64,000 nucleotides of DNA from the IMG/VR virus record IMGVR_UViG_3300046474_000470, positions 20,888 to 84,887 of that record; one strand, given 5' to 3'. Shown one piece after another: positions 9,806 through 19,690 of this stretch. The stretch is from a virus. The position numbers were made by a program, and so were the translations under genes. The notes under the pieces were generated by a model, which worked only from the letters and a program-made list of their open reading frames with translations, did not search any database and was not told the DNA's origin. The stretch's first letter is position 1, and each line of letters opens with the position of its first letter.

Positions 9806-10522
9806 TTATTTCATCGTTTTGAGGGCTTTGTCGATCGAGGCCTTGAGATTCGCCTCGACACCTTCCTGCTTCCTGAACCACTGCAGGTATTCCTTGGGCG
9901 TATTCACCAGCAACTCGCCGCGGTGCTTGCCGAACGTCCAGCGATGGATCGTCGTCTCCTGCGTGGCGTGGAAGTCGCGCAAGGTGCGCCGACCGGCGCG
10001 GCCGATCAGCTCGCGCAGCAGGCGATGCGTGGTGGCCACGTCGGCCATCGCGCGGTGCGCCTCGTTCGGCGGGAAGCCGAAGTGCTCGCGCAAGGTCGTC
10101 AGCTTGTGGTTGGCGACCTCGGTGCCGATCAGGCGCCGCGCATGGAACAGCGTGCAGACGGACGAGACGATGTTGCCGATGGCGTGCAGGCGCTTGACGT
10201 CGAAGCTGGCGTTGTGGGCGATCAGCACGATGTCGCGGCCGTCGAAGGCGCCATCCAGGTGGCCGGGTGTCGAGACGAACTCGGCCATCGTCGGCGCGCT
10301 GGCGACCATCTCGTCGGTGATGTTGTGCACGGCCATGGCGCCGGGCTCGATCGGGCACTCGGGGTCGATCAGCGACTGGATCTCGCGGATCGTGTCCAGC
10401 GTGTCCGGACAGATCTCGCGGAAGGCGACCTCGCAGGCCGGGCCGGTCAGGCCAGTGGTTTCGGTATCGGCGATGACCCAGGCGATCTCGCGGACTTCTT
10501 CTTGTGGTTGTTGCATGTCCAA
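9806..10522 (-). CDS. DEDDh 3'-5' exonuclease (DnaQ/ExoX-like)
   Basis: DTETTG, AHNASFD, HRAMADV and C-terminal FGKHRG..YLQW. Confidence 0.9.
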   Translation of the reverse strand: MDMQQPQEEVREIAWVIADTETTGLTGPACEVAFREICPDTLDTIREIQSLIDPECPIEPGAMAVHNITDEMVASAPTMAEFVSTPGHLDGAFDGRDIVLIAHNASFDVKRLHAIGNIVSSVCTLFHARRLIGTEVANHKLTTLREHFGFPPNEAHRAMADVATTHRLLRELIGRAGRRTLRDFHATQETTIHRWTFGKHRGELLVNTPKEYLQWFRKQEGVEANLKASIDKALKTMK

Positions 10523-10538
10523 GTTGTGGCTCCTGTAG

Positions 10539-10566
10539 AAAAGGGACCTCCGAAGAGGTCCCTTTT
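10539..10566. terminator. Intrinsic terminator, potentially bidirectional
   Basis: AAAAGGGACCTC-CGAA-GAGGTCCCTTTT, a perfect 12-bp stem with a UUCG loop on the minus strand. Confidence 0.85.
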
Positions 10567-10584
10567 GGGTGGTGTGAAGGTCGC

Positions 10585-11376
10585 TTACGCGGCTTCGTAG
10601 CGGCTGAAGTCGGCCACGGTCCAGGACATGGTGCCCTTGGTCTGGACGTTGCAGTTGATACGCACGACCTGCGCACCTTCCGGAGCGATCATGCTCTTGC
10701 CGATCTTGAAGGCCTGGTCCATCTGGTAGCGCTTGAACGAGCCTTTCGAGGTCGGCGCCAGCGACAGCTGCACCAGCGTGTCCTGCAGTTCCGGCAGGGT
10801 CTTGCGGCCCTTGTCGCCCAGGTCGACCAGCGCGCCGGCGATCACCAGACGCTCGGAGATCTTGGCCTGGTCGAAGCCTGCGTCCTTCAGGGCCTGCAGG
10901 TGCGCCTTGACGTCTTCACCCTGCGTGGTGGTAACGCCGTCGTCCGAGTAGCGGACATGCTCTTTCGCCTCGTCGCCATCGACGCCCGGCGACACGACCC
11001 ACTGATCCTGGAACGACAGGATCTCGAGAGCGATGGAGTCGCCCAGCGCCTTGCCGGTCTGCTTGTCCATCACGTTGCCGTTGGTGATCACCAGGTTGCG
11101 CAGGGTGTCCCACTCGACGCGGAAGGCATCCTTCAGCAGTTCCAGCGGGTTGACCATCGGCGCCGAACGGGCCACCTGCGAGCCGGCCGGAACTGCGACG
11201 GCGGTGCCGGGCGACTTGGCTTCTTCAGCCGGCTTGGTGGCGGCATGGGCTGCAGCAGCGGCGGCCAGACGCGCCTGAGCCTGCGCCTTGACGTCGACCG
11301 TGGTTTCGACGCCGACGTTCTCGCCGTCCGGAGCTTCGAAAGACGGAGTGGTGTTGGTGTTTTTGTTCAGTGCCAT
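10585..11376 (-). CDS. Putative ssDNA-binding/replication protein
   Basis: Has its own promoter and terminator and strong codon bias, and lies in the replication cluster. Function inferred from context only. Confidence 0.5.
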   Translation of the reverse strand: MALNKNTNTTPSFEAPDGENVGVETTVDVKAQAQARLAAAAAAHAATKPAEEAKSPGTAVAVPAGSQVARSAPMVNPLELLKDAFRVEWDTLRNLVITNGNVMDKQTGKALGDSIALEILSFQDQWVVSPGVDGDEAKEHVRYSDDGVTTTQGEDVKAHLQALKDAGFDQAKISERLVIAGALVDLGDKGRKTLPELQDTLVQLSLAPTSKGSFKRYQMDQAFKIGKSMIAPEGAQVVRINCNVQTKGTMSWTVADFSRYEAA

Positions 11377-11445
11377 TTTCATTACCTCTATCAGATTTAA
11401 GTGGTGCCGAGCCATTTATATCCCCGCTCGGCTTGGGGAGAAATC

Positions 11446-11474
11446 AGTATGGCAAACTTTTTTCCGCGTGTCAA
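11446..11474 (-). promoter_or_regulatory. Sigma70-like promoter
   Basis: TTGACA-17 nt-CATACT on the minus strand upstream of 11376. Confidence 0.75.
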
Positions 11475-14408
11475 TTATTCTTTGAAGACATCCACGCCAA
11501 GCCGCGCGAGTTCGTCAGCATCGAAGATGAACACGCCCGGCACCTGCAGCTTGTCGCCGGTGCCGCGCTTGACGAAGGCCGAGCAGTCCTGGATCGAGTG
11601 CGCGAAGGATTCGAAACCGCCGAACAGCGCCTCCTGCCCCGTCGCGCGGCAGTGCATCCGGTACCGCTGGTACGCCGGCCGCACGGCGATCTCGATGCAG
11701 GGCTTGCTGCCGAGGGTGGTGAATGCGTATTCGAAGTTCTTCCGGATCGCGTCCGCCCGTTCGGCCTCGATGTGGTGGCTCATGCTGCTGATCTCGGACA
11801 GGACCTTGATATACTCCGGCGTGGTCGCCGCCTGCAGGTCGCCCAGGCGGGAGAACACACCCTGCTCCATCTCGGCCATCAGGCCGTCGAGCTCGGGGCC
11901 GATCGCCTCGTTCACGAGGTTGCGCAGCTGGCGGAACCCGAAGCGCGCCACGGTGTGGTTGTAGACCGGGCGCTCCTTGGTATTCTGCTTGTCCTTCAGC
12001 ACCTCGGCATCGACGCCGCCCTTCAGGTCCTCCTCGGACAGCATGAACTGGCGCTTCGCCTCGGCATACAGCGCGTCGAACTCCTCGACGAAACTGCTGG
12101 CCACGCCACCCTCGATGATGCTCATGGCGAGGTACTGGCCCAGGATGCCGAGCAGGTGCTTGTGGCGCCAGAACTCCTGCCAGTGCGCGTGGTTCTTCAG
12201 GTGCTGGCTCTGGGGAGGGCGGGCCAGCGTCACCAGCACCACACGCTCCATCACCGCAGCCTCCTCTTCAGCAGCCTCGGCGATGAACGCCATCGGCGCG
12301 GCCATCTGCGAGAACTGCAGCACGCGATAGTCGTCGCTCTCGCGGGAGCCGCCGCCGCGCGCCTGGTCACGCTGGTTGTAGACGTCGCGCAGCAGGCCCT
12401 TGAGCGCGTCGAGGCGCACCTTCTGCATCACATGCGGCTTGTACTCGTCAAGCACCAGCGGGATCGACGACGACGCCATCAGGTGCTGCAGCAGCGCGAA
12501 GTTGGTCGAGCCGGGCGAGAGCGGGCGCGGCTCGCCCTTCCAGTAGAACATCGAGCCGATGCCCAGCTGGATCTCGGTCTTGCCCAGGCCGGCCGGGCCG
12601 TTGACGTGCAGCAGCGGGAACTTGCCGTAGTGCTTCTGGAACAGCTGCTTCCAGAAGCAGGCCGTGTACCAGCCCAACAGCTTGCCCAGGACTTCAGGGC
12701 GCTGGCAGGAGAACAGGTGGCGCAAGGTGTCGGTCAGCAGCTCCTTGTTGCCCGGCTCGCCCAGCCAGCTGGCCAGCGCCGGCGCGTTCGAGATGTCGGT
12801 CTTGAACACGCCGCGCGGATCCGGATAGCCGGCGAACTTGATCTTCAGGCCGGTCTCCTCGATGCGCGGCTCGAGCCGCACGCCGTGGCCGTCGGCCCAG
12901 ACCATGAACGGCTCGCGCAGCAGCGGGTTTTCGTGGTGCGGAATCGTGATCATGTCGAGGCCCTCGCGGTCTACGACATAGCTGATATTCCCTTTCTTCT
13001 TGGCTTGTTCGACAAAGCGCATCATTACCGTCCTTACTTCGGCGTCCGTCCCTTGGAAGGCGTGACCATATTTCGACACGAAGCGGTTGAAGGGCACCAG
13101 GCCGCTGAACATGTCGCTCTCCAGCGTAATGTTGCCCACCTGCTTGCCATTGACCAGCACCACCGCGTCGTAGCCGATGATCTGGTCGCTCTCGCTCGAC
13201 ATCAGAATCGAGGCGGCGTCGAACGACACCGCGCAAATCCGCTTCTTGCCGTGCTCCGTGTCCTTGTAGACGCCGTACTTCGACAGCGTCACGCCCTTGG
13301 CGACATCGGCATACTCGTCCTGCTGCAGCTCGGGGTCATCCAGCTGCGTCATCGCGTTGTCGATCTCGTCCTTGATCTCTTCCTTCGTGGCACGGATGCC
13401 GTCAAGGTCCGGCGCCGGGTGGCACAGCAGCGACTTGATGGCGCCGACCGAGAATTCGTAGCAGGCGTTGCCGTCCATGTAGCGGTGCATCCGGCGCAAC
13501 TCGTCGGCGCGCTTTTGCGGCGTGCCGTAGCGGCTGCCGTCGCCCTGGTGGTTTTCGATCAGGCCCTGGCACTCAACGATGAAGCGCTCCTCCGACAGGC
13601 CGGCGGCCACCGCGGCGATCGCCAGCTGGGTCGAGATCTGCTGGAAGCCGATGTTGGCCTTGAAGCCCAGGCCGGCCATCATCCAGCGGATCGATTCGCA
13701 GCCAGCCTTCTCGCGCACGGCAGGGTCCGGCTTGAAGCGTGCGCGTTTCTTGAGCAGCTCGTCGACCTTCTGGGCCGCCTTGGAGAACTCGATCGAGAGC
13801 TTCACACAGAACTGGGCCGGCTTGACCGGGACCGGGTCGCGCGGCGCCGACGACAGGGCGACCGCAAGTTCGGGCGTCATGTCGCGCATCTCCTGCACCG
13901 TGATCGGCACCTTGTAGCGACCGTTGGAGCGCTGCACGTTCGGTTGGCGCCACATGCGGCCGCGCCCGGAGGAGTAGATGCGCAAGTCGAGGGTCGTGAC
14001 CGACAGCTCCAGCGCGATCTCGCGGTAGATCATCGGCAGGCCGATCACCGGCTTGACCTTCTCCATGAAGACCGCCTGTGGCACTTCGATGTGAAAACCC
14101 CGTCCGCCGGTGGTGAACAGGCGACACATCTCGAGGTCGACGCCGAGCTCGACCAGCTTGTCGAGGAACTCGTTGACCTTCTCGATCACCAGCTGCTCGT
14201 CATCCGAGTCGAAGTCAAAATACAGCGGGCCATCATAGGCCAGCTTCAGCTTTTCCTCGAACGGCAGGTCGTCGACCAGCTTGGAGACCGACAGCACGGT
14301 CATGAGCATCGGCTTGAGGTCAGCGATGATCTGGTCGCGGTGCGAAACCGGAGTAGGCTGCCAGTATTCCTCGCCGCCCTGAATTTGGTAGTAGTGGAAT
14401 CCGCTCAT
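11475..14408 (-). CDS. Primase-helicase (AEP-type primase plus P-loop domain)
   Basis: YFDFD and TGGRGFH (AEP motifs); Walker A GPAGLGKT; Walker B LVLDE. Confidence 0.85.
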   Translation of the reverse strand: MSGFHYYQIQGGEEYWQPTPVSHRDQIIADLKPMLMTVLSVSKLVDDLPFEEKLKLAYDGPLYFDFDSDDEQLVIEKVNEFLDKLVELGVDLEMCRLFTTGGRGFHIEVPQAVFMEKVKPVIGLPMIYREIALELSVTTLDLRIYSSGRGRMWRQPNVQRSNGRYKVPITVQEMRDMTPELAVALSSAPRDPVPVKPAQFCVKLSIEFSKAAQKVDELLKKRARFKPDPAVREKAGCESIRWMMAGLGFKANIGFQQISTQLAIAAVAAGLSEERFIVECQGLIENHQGDGSRYGTPQKRADELRRMHRYMDGNACYEFSVGAIKSLLCHPAPDLDGIRATKEEIKDEIDNAMTQLDDPELQQDEYADVAKGVTLSKYGVYKDTEHGKKRICAVSFDAASILMSSESDQIIGYDAVVLVNGKQVGNITLESDMFSGLVPFNRFVSKYGHAFQGTDAEVRTVMMRFVEQAKKKGNISYVVDREGLDMITIPHHENPLLREPFMVWADGHGVRLEPRIEETGLKIKFAGYPDPRGVFKTDISNAPALASWLGEPGNKELLTDTLRHLFSCQRPEVLGKLLGWYTACFWKQLFQKHYGKFPLLHVNGPAGLGKTEIQLGIGSMFYWKGEPRPLSPGSTNFALLQHLMASSSIPLVLDEYKPHVMQKVRLDALKGLLRDVYNQRDQARGGGSRESDDYRVLQFSQMAAPMAFIAEAAEEEAAVMERVVLVTLARPPQSQHLKNHAHWQEFWRHKHLLGILGQYLAMSIIEGGVASSFVEEFDALYAEAKRQFMLSEEDLKGGVDAEVLKDKQNTKERPVYNHTVARFGFRQLRNLVNEAIGPELDGLMAEMEQGVFSRLGDLQAATTPEYIKVLSEISSMSHHIEAERADAIRKNFEYAFTTLGSKPCIEIAVRPAYQRYRMHCRATGQEALFGGFESFAHSIQDCSAFVKRGTGDKLQVPGVFIFDADELARLGVDVFKE

Positions 14409-14415
14409 GCCGGCC

Positions 14416-14904
14416 TCACAGTTCAACGTCGGGCCAGAGGGCGCGGAACTCCTTCACGGGTGTCAAGTGGTGCGCACCCACCTCGCTACCGGCCGATCGG
14501 ACCAGCATCGGCAAGGTGGTGTGCCAGGAACCCATCGGGTTGTCGAACACGATGGGGGCGTGGCGCACTTCGGCGAAGGCCGGCAGCCAGGCATAGACGT
14601 CAGGCAGGACTTCGCGCGGGTGGGCGCTGACCTTGATGACGGTGCTGGTGGTGTTGCTGGAAAGGATCACGGTCAGGCCGGCGGTGAAGGAAGCTTCGAT
14701 GCCGGTGACGCGGTAAATGCTGAGAATCTGAGGGCCGGTCTTGGTCAGACGCCAGGCGACGAAAGCGCGTTGCTCGCCGACCACAAACAGCACCGGCTTG
14801 CGGTCGCTGTGCTTCCAGTTCGGGTCGCCTCCCATGCGGGCGTCGAGCCACTGGGCTTGCAGACTGAGGCGTTCAGCTCTGCTGAGCACACCTGTGTTGT
14901 GCAT
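14416..14904 (-). CDS. Hypothetical protein
   Basis: SD AAGGA upstream; co-directional with neighbours. Confidence 0.6.
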   Translation of the reverse strand: MHNTGVLSRAERLSLQAQWLDARMGGDPNWKHSDRKPVLFVVGEQRAFVAWRLTKTGPQILSIYRVTGIEASFTAGLTVILSSNTTSTVIKVSAHPREVLPDVYAWLPAFAEVRHAPIVFDNPMGSWHTTLPMLVRSAGSEVGAHHLTPVKEFRALWPDVEL

Positions 14905-14961
14905 TTTGTAATCCTTTATTGGTGAACTGCAATTTGAACGGAGAATTCTACAGCGAATTTC

Positions 14962-16404
14962 CTACAGGCAAAGTAAATCTTTGATGCCCTGCTTCGAGCC
15001 GGCTGCCCGGTTGACCAGCTCGTCGTTGTTTTGCAGGCTCTTGAGCAGCTTTTCCTGGATCGTGCCGCGCGCGATCAGGAGCCTGTTGTTGGGCGGGTAG
15101 CGCTGGCCTTTCCGGTCGATCCGGCCGGTCGACTGGATGAACGGGATGGTCGTGGTCGGGATCTGGATGAACGCCGCCTCCCAGCACATGTACTGCGGGT
15201 TCAGGCCGGCGCCGGCGCTGCCCGGCTGCGCCGTCAGGCACACCGTGTCCGGATCCTCCATGAACTGCTTGATCGACTTCTTCGAATCGACCTCGGAGAA
15301 CGCCATCACGCCGCGCTTGCCAATTTTCGCAAGTCGGGCATCCATGTGTTCGCCGATCAGCCGGGATACGCTGCGGTGCGTGGTCCAGAGGATCAGCTTG
15401 CTGGCCGGCCGCGCCACGCCGTCGATCAGCGTGGTGCCGCCCAGGTCGATCTCGTCGGCGATCTCGTCGACCAGGTCGAACACCGCGGAGCGTTTCGTCG
15501 GGTCGCCGGCGAAGTAGCCGAAGTCCAGTACGATCTGCTGCGCGGCGTGATATAGCCTCGTCGCCGTGGTGGCGTCGATCTTGCCGCCGTCGTCCAGCAG
15601 CAGCAGCTGCTCCTCCATCAGGCGCTTGTACAGCGCCATGTGCTCCTTCGACAGGTCGTAGTAGATCGGGATGACGCGGCCCTTCGGCAGCGCCGAATGC
15701 ACCTCCTCCTTCGTGCGGTGGATGCGCCGCAGGTTCAAGTTCGCCTGCAGCAGGTCGAGGTTGTGCCACTCGGTCGGCTGCTTGAAGATATCGCGCTCCT
15801 TGACGTGGATGTTCTCGAACTGGGTATAGGTCGAGTAGACGTCCGGCGAATTGAGCTTGATGTAGGCGTAGTGGTCGCCCACCTTGCTGGCGATCGTGCC
15901 CGACATCAGCAGCAGGTCGCGCGACATCGAGAAGCTGCGTACGTGCTTGAACAGCACGCCGCGGCCCTTCAGGTTCTGGCATTCGTCGACCACGGTGAAC
16001 ACGTTGGCGTGTGCCATCTCCTTCGACAGCCGCTGGATGTCATTGTTGAAAAGCTGGTAGCTGGTCACCAGCCACTGCGCGCCGTCCAGATCCAGCTGGG
16101 CGCGCACTTTCGGCGAGCCGGTGTAGTCGACGACGCGGCCGGCGCCCGGAATGCTCTCCAGCCAGGCCACCCACTGGGCGACCAGGATGGGCGGCACCAG
16201 GATCACGTTGATGTCGTTCTGCAGCATCAGGGCGACGGCCGTGGCGATCACGGTCTTGCCGTAGCCGACAGGAAGGTCGGCCAGCGCGCGGCGCCAAACT
16301 GCGGCGCGCACGATGTCTTCCTTCTGCAGCTGCTCCAGCACCATCACGCCGCCCATCGGGTGGGGGAACGGGTAGGTCTCGATGACCTGTTCGAGCGTCA
16401 GCAT
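14962..16404 (-). CDS. SNF2-like superfamily 2 helicase
   Basis: GYGKT, VDECQ, MSGT, GAGLN, QSTGRIDRKGQ. Confidence 0.9.
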   Translation of the reverse strand: MLTLEQVIETYPFPHPMGGVMVLEQLQKEDIVRAAVWRRALADLPVGYGKTVIATAVALMLQNDINVILVPPILVAQWVAWLESIPGAGRVVDYTGSPKVRAQLDLDGAQWLVTSYQLFNNDIQRLSKEMAHANVFTVVDECQNLKGRGVLFKHVRSFSMSRDLLLMSGTIASKVGDHYAYIKLNSPDVYSTYTQFENIHVKERDIFKQPTEWHNLDLLQANLNLRRIHRTKEEVHSALPKGRVIPIYYDLSKEHMALYKRLMEEQLLLLDDGGKIDATTATRLYHAAQQIVLDFGYFAGDPTKRSAVFDLVDEIADEIDLGGTTLIDGVARPASKLILWTTHRSVSRLIGEHMDARLAKIGKRGVMAFSEVDSKKSIKQFMEDPDTVCLTAQPGSAGAGLNPQYMCWEAAFIQIPTTTIPFIQSTGRIDRKGQRYPPNNRLLIARGTIQEKLLKSLQNNDELVNRAAGSKQGIKDLLCL

Positions 16405-17038
16405 CGCAACCTCCTTCCGGCCAGCAGCTTGAGCAGCGGGTAGGCCTGCTCAAGTCCCGACCCTACCGGCCAGTCCGGCAGCCGATCGTAGAACTGCTGC
16501 AGCGTCAGGATGCCGGCCACGTCGATCAGCGGCTCGCCGCCGAGCAGCGCGCGCCCGGCCTGCACCGTGATGAGCGTGTACAGGCCGTTCTCGGTGGCGC
16601 TGTAGGAATGCGGCGGCCGATCCATCTCCATCGACAGCCACAGCAGGTTGGCGGCGCCCGGGCTGTCATGCGCCGCAAGGCCGAAACCCTGCGGCGCACC
16701 GTCGCTCGGCCTGGACCAGACCCAGCTGCGCGGGTTGCGCATCCAGAAGGGACTTCCAAGGTGTGCGCAGAGCGCGCGCACCTTGTCCATCTCCGGGCTG
16801 TGATCTGGCTCAGGCTTGTTCTGGAAGAACAGCGGCATCATGCGACGGCGCGCTCGAGCGCAGGGTTGCGCGCCGGCAGCGGGTGCCAGCCCATGTAGCG
16901 CCGGTTGCTGCCGGTGGCGGGACCTTTCCAGGGCCCCACCGTGACAGTGCCGTCGCGCTCCAGCAGCAGCACGCGCTCGTTCAACGGTGCCGGGTTGACG
17001 TAATCGAACTGCAGATCGTTGCGGGTGTGGTTTCTCAT
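16398..17038 (-). other. Two hypothetical CDSs (16398-16841, 16838-17038)
   Basis: Coupled co-directional ORFs. Confidence 0.55.
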
Positions 17039-17436
17039 TTCTTCTCCGGTGGTTTGCTGTCGTTGACGAATCGGGTCGGCGGCGGTGGGGGCGGCGCCGG
17101 CATCTGCCGCGGCGGCGGTGCGCCGATGGTCAGCGCTTTGATCCCAGCCCGCCCGAACAGGACTTCCTGGCAGTTGCGGCAAGCGTGGGTGTGGTTTTCA
17201 ACATAGGCATGCGCGCCGCGCGCGGCGTCGCCGGCCAGCATCGCCGCGACTTCCTCGGCGTGGCCGACCTGCCTGCAGACGATCTTGCACTTTTCATAGC
17301 CTTCGCCCGGTGCGCGCGGGCAGACAGGCTGCGGGCTGGCGCACCAGTTCTCGCCGACGAAGCGACTACCCTCTGGCGTGATGATGGTGCAGCGCACCTG
17401 CAGCTTGGCGCAGGGGCCCAGGGTTCCGGCGCTCAT
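17035..17436 (-). CDS. dCMP/cytidine deaminase-like protein
   Basis: HAE..ACRNC zinc-binding motif plus an N-terminal GEN..CPR segment. Confidence 0.8.
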   Translation of the reverse strand: MSAGTLGPCAKLQVRCTIITPEGSRFVGENWCASPQPVCPRAPGEGYEKCKIVCRQVGHAEEVAAMLAGDAARGAHAYVENHTHACRNCQEVLFGRAGIKALTIGAPPPRQMPAPPPPPPTRFVNDSKPPEKK

Positions 17437-18356
17437 TCAGATGCTCCCGTAGAAAGCTTCGATGAACGCTTTCGCGGCGTAGACGTTGACTGCATTGCCG
17501 TAGCCCCGCAGGAGTCCCACGCGGCCGGGTACCCCATCAGCCAGCGGCTGTGTGCCGGGTTCAACAGGCCGCCACTTGCTGTCCCGGCATGCGAGCCAGT
17601 CAGCAGCTGCCCAGTAGCCGTTAACCGGGCCGGGCCCTGCACGCTGATCCCATCCGGCGGGAATGCCGTCAGCACCGCGCCATGATTCAGCGTGAGGTTC
17701 TTGGTCGCGAAGTCCGGCGCCGGTGCCCGGTTGCCGTCGCAGGCTGTCGGCGTGCCCCAGCCCGTCAGCTGCGCCGCCATGCCCACCGTCACCTGGTTGG
17801 AGCAGCGGGTGCCCGCCTTGGCCTCGTTGGCGATCGGCGTGGGCCAGCCGCACAAATTCGCTTGCCGTGGCAGCTGATCCAGCCGCTCCTTGCCATTGTC
17901 CGACCGCGGCCTGATGTCGGCGCCCGAGTCCTTCCAGTCCCGCGAGGTTGGCGTCACCCAGCCGGCCTGCCCAATAGCAGCGGTCGCGGATGTGCGGGGC
18001 ACCGATGCCCGCAGACGGGAACGCGACCGCCCCGACGGCGTAGCCCAAGGCTTCCAGGTCAGCTTGTACAAGGTCGATCCAAGGGTCGACGAGACTGCTT
18101 GCAACCTGCTCTCCAAGGATTTCTGCAGGACGTCCGACGCGGGCAAGGTGGTGGAGAGCGGGCCATAGGTGCCGCTCGTCATCAAACCCTGCACCTTCGC
18201 CTGCCGAGGAGAAAGGTTGGCAAGGAGCGCTGCCCGTCCACACTCGACGGCTGTCAGGGATGCCTGCAAGTCGGAGAGCGTAGGACCAGCCGCCGATGCC
18301 GGCGAAGAAATGGCACTGGGTGAATCCGGCAAGATCTCCGGGTGTGACATCGGCAA
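17433..18356 (-). CDS. Putative beta chain of the C5 methyltransferase in an overlapping frame
   Basis: Same-strand alternative frame carrying W-x-T-P repeats and LNPAHSRWLMGYP (motif IX-like). Confidence 0.7.
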   Translation of the reverse strand: MPMSHPEILPDSPSAISSPASAAGPTLSDLQASLTAVECGRAALLANLSPRQAKVQGLMTSGTYGPLSTTLPASDVLQKSLESRLQAVSSTLGSTLYKLTWKPWATPSGRSRSRLRASVPRTSATAAIGQAGWVTPTSRDWKDSGADIRPRSDNGKERLDQLPRQANLCGWPTPIANEAKAGTRCSNQVTVGMAAQLTGWGTPTACDGNRAPAPDFATKNLTLNHGAVLTAFPPDGISVQGPARLTATGQLLTGSHAGTASGGLLNPAHSRWLMGYPAAWDSCGATAMQSTSTPRKRSSKLSTGASE

Positions 18357-18459
18357 TACTCCTTTCGTCGACCACGCCCGGCGCGATCAGGTTTTCTTTA
18401 ATCAGCTCGCGCAGCCAGGCAGCCGCGCCCTTGTCGAACTCGTTGTAGTACGCGGTCAT
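17437..18459 (-). CDS. DNA cytosine-5 methyltransferase, catalytic (alpha) chain
   Basis: Start MTAYYNEFD at 18459; FFAGIGG (I), PCQPFS (IV), EQV (VI), HIRDR (VIII), GYGNAV (X); motif IX absent. Confidence 0.9.
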   Translation of the reverse strand: MTAYYNEFDKGAAAWLRELIKENLIAPGVVDERSIADVTPGDLAGFTQCHFFAGIGGWSYALRLAGIPDSRRVWTGSAPCQPFSSAGEGAGFDDERHLWPALHHLARVGRPAEILGEQVASSLVDPWIDLVQADLEALGYAVGAVAFPSAGIGAPHIRDRCYWAGRLGDANLAGLEGLGRRHQAAVGQWQGAAGSAATASEFVRLAHADRQRGQGGHPLLQPGDGGHGGAADGLGHADSLRRQPGTGAGLRDQEPHAESWRGADGIPAGWDQRAGPGPVNGYWAAADWLACRDSKWRPVEPGTQPLADGVPGRVGLLRGYGNAVNVYAAKAFIEAFYGSI

Positions 18460-18764
18460 TTGAGCAGCGCCTTGAAGCGGGCATCGTGGTCCGCGCGCAC
18501 CGCGCGCAGCTGGTCGAACTGCGACTGGCTGATGGCGTAGAGCACGTCGGCTTCCGCCTTCGTGTCGCAAAGCGCCACGACGGTGTGGAGGGCGCAGTAA
18601 CCGCCCTCGTCCTCGCCGCGCCTGTTCTTGAAGTAGACGCGCTTTCCCGACCGGCGGATCACTTCGCGCGGCGCGTCCGTGATGTGATCCCGCAGCATCG
18701 GGGTCTGCAGGATCCACTGCCCGGGCGTGATCTCGGTCAGCGGGCCGATTTCGCGCACGCCCAT
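18456..18764 (-). CDS. Hypothetical protein
   Basis: Start MGVREIG coupled to the rdgC stop. Confidence 0.6.
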   Translation of the reverse strand: MGVREIGPLTEITPGQWILQTPMLRDHITDAPREVIRRSGKRVYFKNRRGEDEGGYCALHTVVALCDTKAEADVLYAISQSQFDQLRAVRADHDARFKALLK

Positions 18765-19627
18765 CACGCCTCCTGCACCAGGCGATCGAGCAGGATGCCC
18801 AGCTCGCGCGTCATCAGCGCGATGTCGGCGTCGAAGCGGTCGACGTCCTTCTCGGCGTCGCGGCCTTCCTGCATGACGTCGAGCGGCTTGATCTTGCGCA
18901 GCTGGCTGTTCTGGGTCATGACGAACGAAAGGCGGCTGGCGAAAGTCATGGCCACGGCCTCGACCACGGCGCCGGCTCCCAGCTGGCCGCTCACGTCGTC
19001 GCCCGAGAGCTGGGCACGCTCGTACTTCACCAGCTTGCCGCGCTCGCCCGGGTGGCGCAGCACCGCGGCGTCGTCGACGCTGAATTCGAACGGCGCCTCG
19101 TCCTTGACCCACTCGGTCACCACCTTGGCGCGCGGCCAGCTGACGTCGCACAGGCCCAAGTCGTTGCGGCTGTCCTGCACGTACTTCAGCAGCACTTTGA
19201 TGATGTCGTCGCAGGCGCTGTTCGAGGTCGAGTCGATCACGAGGCGGTGCTGATCCTGGTCGATCCAGATCAGGGTCGTGCGGCTGGTAGTCAGGGCGCG
19301 CGGCAGCAGCTCGTCGAAGGCGCGCTCCTTGAGTTCCTTCTTGGCCTTCTTGCCGGGCGGGAAGCCCTGCTGTTCTTCCAGTTCTTTGCAACGGGCTTCG
19401 ACCACGGCCGCCACGGCCGACGCCGGGATCACCTTCTTCTCGACCTTGAAGCGCAGCAGGATGTGCTTGCCCTGGCGGTAAGCGATCTCGTCGTCGCGCA
19501 CCGGCACGAAGCCGGACGACATCAACTCGTGGGTACCGACAGGAACGAAACGAGCAGCTTCAAGCTGCTCGATGGGGAATTGTGCCTTCGGGCTGATGCC
19601 GTAGACGGTTGCATTTTTGATCCACAT
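18764..19627 (-). CDS. rdgC: Recombination-associated protein RdgC
   Basis: MWIKNATVY, GFVP, EKKVIPASAV, ELLPRA, FDADIALMTREL. Confidence 0.9.
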   Translation of the reverse strand: MWIKNATVYGISPKAQFPIEQLEAARFVPVGTHELMSSGFVPVRDDEIAYRQGKHILLRFKVEKKVIPASAVAAVVEARCKELEEQQGFPPGKKAKKELKERAFDELLPRALTTSRTTLIWIDQDQHRLVIDSTSNSACDDIIKVLLKYVQDSRNDLGLCDVSWPRAKVVTEWVKDEAPFEFSVDDAAVLRHPGERGKLVKYERAQLSGDDVSGQLGAGAVVEAVAMTFASRLSFVMTQNSQLRKIKPLDVMQEGRDAEKDVDRFDADIALMTRELGILLDRLVQEA

Positions 19628-19661
19628 AGGGTTGGACTTTTCTGGTGGGAAAGGGATTATT

Positions 19662-19690
19662 AGGGTAAGCAAACTCTTCTGCTGTGTCAA
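19662..19690 (-). promoter_or_regulatory. Sigma70-like promoter for the rdgC/replication operon
   Basis: TTGACA-17 nt-TACCCT. Confidence 0.6.

Noticed and set aside
11370-14630. 1086-aa plus-strand ORF and other long antisense ORFs (10-918, 3586-5256, 28053-29780, 50659-52446, 56718-57881)
   Set aside because: These are shadow frames of real high-GC3 genes on the opposite strand, with no motifs or SD sequences.
1-19627. 2-aminoadenine or 7-deazaguanine DNA modification pathway
   Set aside because: No PurZ, DatZ, DpdA or Que-like genes are recognisable, and ThyA retains canonical motifs (PCH, FN).
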